From positions 496,001 through 560,000 of the forward strand of contig CAUYUJ010000048.1 in assembly GCA_963575745.1 (NCBI GenBank): a stretch of 64,000 nucleotides of DNA, read 5' to 3'. The notes beneath the pieces are model-generated. The model saw nothing but the letters and a program-made list of their open reading frames with translations, made no database searches and had not been told where the DNA came from. Numbering within the stretch: position 1 is the stretch's first letter; each line of letters starts with the position of its first letter. This document shows positions 62,869 through 64,000 of this stretch, piece after piece. This DNA is from Prorocentrum cordatum (lineage: Eukaryota). The translations under genes and the position numbers were made by a program.

Positions 62869-63309
62869 GCGCAGCTCTCCTTGCACAGGGGGCCTGTATC
62901 CACGTCTCCCCCACAGTGGAAACCCATGCCAAGAATTTCCCGGTTTGCCTCCAAAGATCGTCCCAAGACGGCCCGAGAGGCCCCCGAAAGGGCCCGAAAA
63001 TGGTCCAAGAGGGACCCAAAGCGGCCCCAAAGGGCCCCAAGACGGCCCAAGAGGGCCCCAAGAGGGCCCCAAGAGAGCCCCAAGAGGGCCCAAAAAGGCT
63101 CCCATGCCAAGACATTCCCGTGGGTTTTGATGGTTTTGCGATGGAAAGCGTGACGTCCCCACACAAATCAATGGACGTCCTGGGGTCTCAGGGTTGGGTT
63201 TCTTGTGAAAGGTTTCTTGTGGTCGAGCTCCTTCCGTACCCAGATGTCAGCGAGGATGATGGGACAATTCGTTCCGTCCATGCGATGCCCAGCGGCAGAT
63301 GCAGAGGAC

Positions 63310-63413
<104 letters not shown>

Positions 63414-64000
63414 ACACACACACACACGCGCAGACATACGCGCAGACATACGCGCAGACACACACACACAGAGACAAAAGGAATCGTCGACTCCCAGGGA
63501 TGCGTGGGAAAGTATGGGAAGTGGGGGCGAAGACGAAAGCCCAGAAGCAAGGAAAATCTGGGGAGTCCTGCGACCTGTGTCTATTGATCTGTATGTCCCT
63601 GCTCCCCTTTGCGTAGGGGAGCGGGCGCCGCGCGGGACCCTCACGCGCAGGCACTGGGCGAGGGGACTCGCGGGGGGGGAGCAGCCGGGTGGCGAAGCGA
63701 GCGAGGCGCGCCCCCCCCCCAGAGATCCAACGCGGGATCCCGGCCGAGGTTTTTTCTGGGTGCTCGGCCGGTTGGGGGCCCTCGCCTGGGCCCCGGGGCC
63801 ATCAGACACTGTCTCGGGAGGAGAGACCAGTCGGGGGGGATGTCGGGGGCGGCGAAGAGGGGGGTGAGGACTAGGGGGCGGGGTGGATATCATGGCGGGG
63901 GCCATGATACTTCCCCAGATTTCAGGGCGCCTCTTCTTATTTCATTACGTCCCTGGCCCCCCCCCAAGGGCCGCGCACATGCCGCCGGCCATGATTTGCG

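Overview
Eukaryotic, GC-rich, repeat-saturated genomic DNA of a dinoflagellate. The assignment rests on a perfect copy of the dinoflagellate spliced-leader core (CCGTAGCCATTTTGGCTCAAG, 19743-19763) and on GC/GA-donor exon architecture; a Prorocentrum-like source is my inference. Most of the window is intron-like DNA: microsatellites, tandem satellites (159, 101, 113, 30, ~26, 12, 9 and 7 bp units), several multi-copy TIR (MITE-like) families, CTCTTGGGGC-rich interspersed repeats and decayed LINE, copia and Ulp1-protease remnants. Nearly all ORF-track entries are artefacts of these repeats. Short unique islands on the + strand have AG|G acceptors and G|GC, G|GT or G|GA donors and can be chained in phase into one or more very long multi-exon genes of unknown function (~3.8 to 63.3 kb); this model was built by eye and is tentative. 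The clearest feature is a complete retroposed, trans-spliced mRNA at 19729-21242: 13-bp TSD, spliced leader, intact intronless 426-aa ORF, poly(A), 13-bp TSD. Its protein looks chimeric, with an Ala-rich N-terminal domain followed by several degenerate copies of HSP70 C-terminal (lid) sequence. No rRNA, tRNA or CRISPR array was recognised.
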